Notes under the pieces: model-generated | Told to the model about the DNA's origin: nothing | Database searches by the model: none | What the model saw: only the letters and a program-made list of their open reading frames with translations | Assembly: GCA_963803805.1 (NCBI GenBank) | Contig: CAWDOD010000002.1 | Coordinates: forward strand, 416,001-480,000 | DNA length: 64,000 bases | Direction of reading: 5' to 3' | Source: an uncultured cyanobacterium | GTDB lineage: Bacteria; Cyanobacteriota; Cyanobacteriia; Cyanobacteriales; CAWCAG01 | Program-made: the position numbers and the translations under genes | Shown: positions 61,341 to 64,000 of the stretch, piece after piece | How the letters are laid out: each line of letters opens with the position of its first letter | Position numbering within the stretch: the first letter of the stretch is position 1

Positions 61341-61676
61341 ATGTTATTAGTTCATGAAAAATATCAATCTAGTTTTGATATCGCCATGAAATGTGCAGTA
61401 GAGTGTGAACATTGTGCTGAGGCTTGTACAGGTAAGCCTGATATGTTTAAATGCGCTCGTACCTGCTTAGATTGTGCAGAAATCTGTCGTACTATGGCAA
61501 CTTATATGGTGCGAGGTTCTAGCTTTGTTGCTCATTTAGCTAAAGCTTGTGCAGAAATTTGTCAAGCTTGTGCTGATGAGTGTAGTTCTCACGATATGGA
61601 TCATTGTCAAAAATGCGCTCAAGCTTGTAAGGATGCCATTGAAGAGTATAAGAAGATTGCTGCTGTTGCTGCTTAG
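61341..61676 (+). CDS. Four-helix-bundle copper storage protein (Csp3/DUF326-like)
   Basis: 15 Cys in CxxxCxxC spacing; no signal peptide. Confidence 0.88.
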   Translation: MLLVHEKYQSSFDIAMKCAVECEHCAEACTGKPDMFKCARTCLDCAEICRTMATYMVRGSSFVAHLAKACAEICQACADECSSHDMDHCQKCAQACKDAIEEYKKIAAVAA

Positions 61677-61808
61677 ATAATTGGAATTTACGGGATGAGG
61701 AGCAAGGCAATATTTGTTCTTTGTCCCTAAAAAAGTATTCAAAGCTGCTCAATAACCTCAAGAAAAACTTGTTTAACCTAGCCAGATTAGGGGGTTTGAA
61801 AATTAACT

Positions 61809-62261
61809 ATGAAATCTAAATTTGATATGAACCCTTATGTTCGCTTGCTGATTGCCCTGTCAATCTCTTATGTAGTGATGTTTGCTCTGATGTTTTCGCG
61901 GGTGAATGTACTCAGCAATCTGTTTGTTAGTCTCAATCAAGTGTATATGGCAGGGCTAATGATTGCACCAATGCTGATCATTATGTTATTAACAATGGGT
62001 TCGATGTACCACAACAAAAAGTTGAACCTTATACTTCTGGGAGTAGCAACAGCAGCAATAATTTTGTTCTGGACTCTTTTGCGATCGCAAACGGGAGTAG
62101 GAAATCAGCAGTTTCTCCATTCAATGATTCCCCATCACGCTGCGGCTATTCTTGTTTGTCAACAGGCATATATAACGAATCCACGTATTGAAGAGTTATG
62201 TACAGAGATAGTTCAAACCCAGAAGGAGGAGATACGGATTATGAAAGCACTGATGGATTAA
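61809..62261 (+). CDS. DUF305-family membrane protein
   Basis: Three TM segments followed by FLHSMIPHHAAAI...IVQTQKEEI. Confidence 0.85.
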   Translation: MKSKFDMNPYVRLLIALSISYVVMFALMFSRVNVLSNLFVSLNQVYMAGLMIAPMLIIMLLTMGSMYHNKKLNLILLGVATAAIILFWTLLRSQTGVGNQQFLHSMIPHHAAAILVCQQAYITNPRIEELCTEIVQTQKEEIRIMKALMD

Positions 62262-62358
62262 CTTTAAAATAAACGATCGCATAAGTTCATAATGATTTGA
62301 CTCTCCAGTGGAGTGGAAACTGAAAAATAAAGATAGTTACTTTTCAGAGGGAAGTTCT

Positions 62359-64000
62359 ATGCAAAACTCTACAGCAAAACATCAACATCATCACAACGGA
62401 CATGAGCATCATAGTCATGGTGGCCATGACAAACACGCAGGGCATAGTCCAGAAATATTTAAACGTCGCTTTTTCATCTGTCTAATCCTCACCATACCAA
62501 TACTTTACTTTTCTTCTCAACTGCAAAGCTGGTTAGGCTATCAAGCTATGGAATTTCCGGGTTCTAATTGGATTAATCCAGTCTTTGGCATTATTCTTTA
62601 CTTCTACGGTGGCTGGGTATTCCTTAAAGGTGCATGGCATGAATTACGCAGTCAGATTGGCATGATGACTCTCATTGCCTTAGCGATTACCGTAGCTTTT
62701 GTTTATAGCCTAGCGGTATCTTTCGGTCTTCAGGGCAAGCCTTTTTACTGGGAATTGGCTACCTTAATTGATATTATGCTTCTCGGTCACTGGATTGAAA
62801 TGGCATCTGTAAAAGGTGCATCCCAAGCCTTAGAATCTCTCAAAGAATTAGTTCCTGCCCAGGCGCATTTGTTACGCAATGGCAAAGTTGAAGATATTCC
62901 TGTCAGGGAGGTGACAGCAGAAGATGTCATTTTGATTCGTCCTGGAGAACAAATTCCTAACGATGGAGAAGTAATTGAAGGGGTAACAGAAGTAGATGAA
63001 GCCTTCCTAACTGGGGAATCTCGCCCTATTGCTAAACAAGAAGGAGATGGGGTGGTTGCAGGTTCAGTTAACAATGCAGGTTCAATTAAGGTTAGGGTTA
63101 CTCGCACAGGTGATGAAACTACCCTGAGCCAAATCATGCGTTTGGTGGAGGAAGCACAAAATTCCCGTAGTCGCTATCAGGTTTTAGCAGATCGTACTGC
63201 TTTTTGGCTAACTTTGATTGCGATCGCAGCAGGGACATTAACGTTTATTATTTGGCTCTCTTTGTCTGATTTAGTGTTTGCTATTAACCGGACGGTAACT
63301 GTTTTGGTAATTACCTGTCCCCATGCTTTGGGTTTAGCTATTCCTTTGGTTATTGCTAACTCTACAGCTTTGGCTGCTAAAAATGGTATTTTGGTACGCA
63401 ACCGCGATGTTTTAGAAAGGGCCAAAGATATTAAAATTATGGCTTTTGATAAGACGGGAACTTTAACGGAAGGGCATTTTGGGGTAGAGGAAGTTTATAC
63501 TGAGAGTCTAGATAGAGAAGAAGCACTAGCTATTGCCGCAGCTTTGGAAACTTCTTCGGAACATCCTTTAGGTAAAGCTATAGTTGAAACAGCAGAATTG
63601 GAACAATTAGATTTACCGCAAATGAAAGATTTTGAGACAGTCACAGGGAGAGGTGTTAAAGGCAGAGTTAACGGTAAAATCTATCAGATTGGTAGACCAG
63701 AATGGATTGAAGAGTTGCAGTTGCATTTGCCTTTCTCTTTGCAAAGAGCCTTAGATATTGCCGATGAGAGGGGTGAAAGTGCAGTTGTCTTGTTGGACGA
63801 GGAAAGAGCGATCGCCGTTATTTCTCTGGCGGATAAGGTTAGAGCAAGAGCCAGGGAAACCATTAATAAATTAAAGGCAGAAAGTATCCAACCAGTTATG
63901 ATTACAGGGGATGCGGAGGCGGTTGCTAAAACAGTTGCTAAGGATTTAGGTATTGATAAATACTATGCCCGTGTATTACCTGAAGACAAGGTAAATATTA
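62359..64000 (+). CDS. P1B-type copper-translocating ATPase, CopB-like (3'-truncated by window edge; not in ORF track)
   Basis: ATG at 62359; His-rich N-terminus (KHQHHHNGHEHHSHGGHDKHAGH), LTGES, ITCPHALGLAIP, DKTGTLT, SEHP, MITGD. Confidence 0.93.
   Translation, partial: MQNSTAKHQHHHNGHEHHSHGGHDKHAGHSPEIFKRRFFICLILTIPILYFSSQLQSWLGYQAMEFPGSNWINPVFGIILYFYGGWVFLKGAWHELRSQIGMMTLIALAITVAFVYSLAVSFGLQGKPFYWELATLIDIMLLGHWIEMASVKGASQALESLKELVPAQAHLLRNGKVEDIPVREVTAEDVILIRPGEQIPNDGEVIEGVTEVDEAFLTGESRPIAKQEGDGVVAGSVNNAGSIKVRVTRTGDETTLSQIMRLVEEAQNSRSRYQVLADRTAFWLTLIAIAAGTLTFIIWLSLSDLVFAINRTVTVLVITCPHALGLAIPLVIANSTALAAKNGILVRNRDVLERAKDIKIMAFDKTGTLTEGHFGVEEVYTESLDREEALAIAAALETSSEHPLGKAIVETAELEQLDLPQMKDFETVTGRGVKGRVNGKIYQIGRPEWIEELQLHLPFSLQRALDIADERGESAVVLLDEERAIAVISLADKVRARARETINKLKAESIQPVMITGDAEAVAKTVAKDLGIDKYYARVLPEDKVNI

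Larger units (their letters stand above)
530..63815. repeat. HIP1 octamer GCGATCGC, dispersed (span = first to last copy; about 30 copies by eye)
   Basis: Copies at 530, 6411, 8141, 19231, 26677, 54252, 63808 and elsewhere. Hallmark of many cyanobacterial genomes. Confidence 0.95.

Noticed and set aside
62787-63425. Minus-strand ORFs of 116 and 82 aa, and other short antisense ORFs inside long genes (e.g. 29533-29922, 31392-31721, 42435-42812)
   Set aside because: Shadow frames of well-supported genes on the opposite strand.
1-64000. tRNA or rRNA genes, or a prophage
   Set aside because: No cloverleaf/rRNA-like segments or phage structural genes recognised.

Overview
Cyanobacterial chromosomal window, judged from roughly 30 HIP1 GCGATCGC sites (counted by eye), psb35, Uma2 genes and STRR-type heptamer repeats. 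Left to right it carries: (1) a polysaccharide glycosyltransferase/sugar-modification cluster; (2) a type III-B variant (III-Bv-like) CRISPR-Cas locus bracketed by two arrays with near-identical leaders, in the order array 1, WYL regulator, divergent CARF-HEPN gene, cas10, cmr3, cmr4, cmr5, cmr6-cmr1 fusion, membrane Excalibur protein, csx18, cas1, cas2, array 2, with no cas6; (3) a two-component pair; (4) a stress/membrane gene cluster with psb35 and glgB; (5) more glycosyltransferases, ilvB and a GAF protein; (6) an accessory patch with a MITE-disrupted VapC-type toxin, an ISAs1 remnant and a C5-methyltransferase/endonuclease pair; (7) an HD protein, type II NADH dehydrogenase, PIN protein and recJ; (8) a copper-handling cluster running off the right end. 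The best candidate for unusual biology is the CRISPR effector: Cas10 keeps GGDD but has no HD domain, Cmr4 has Asn where the catalytic Asp is expected, and a CARF-HEPN gene heads the operon, which suggests a sense-and-signal system. Many genes, including four cas genes, are split by single-base indels that often sit in or beside GATC/GGCC/HIP1 motifs. These most likely reflect long-read consensus errors, so residue-level claims need read-level confirmation. All family assignments come from motif recognition by eye, not from database searches.
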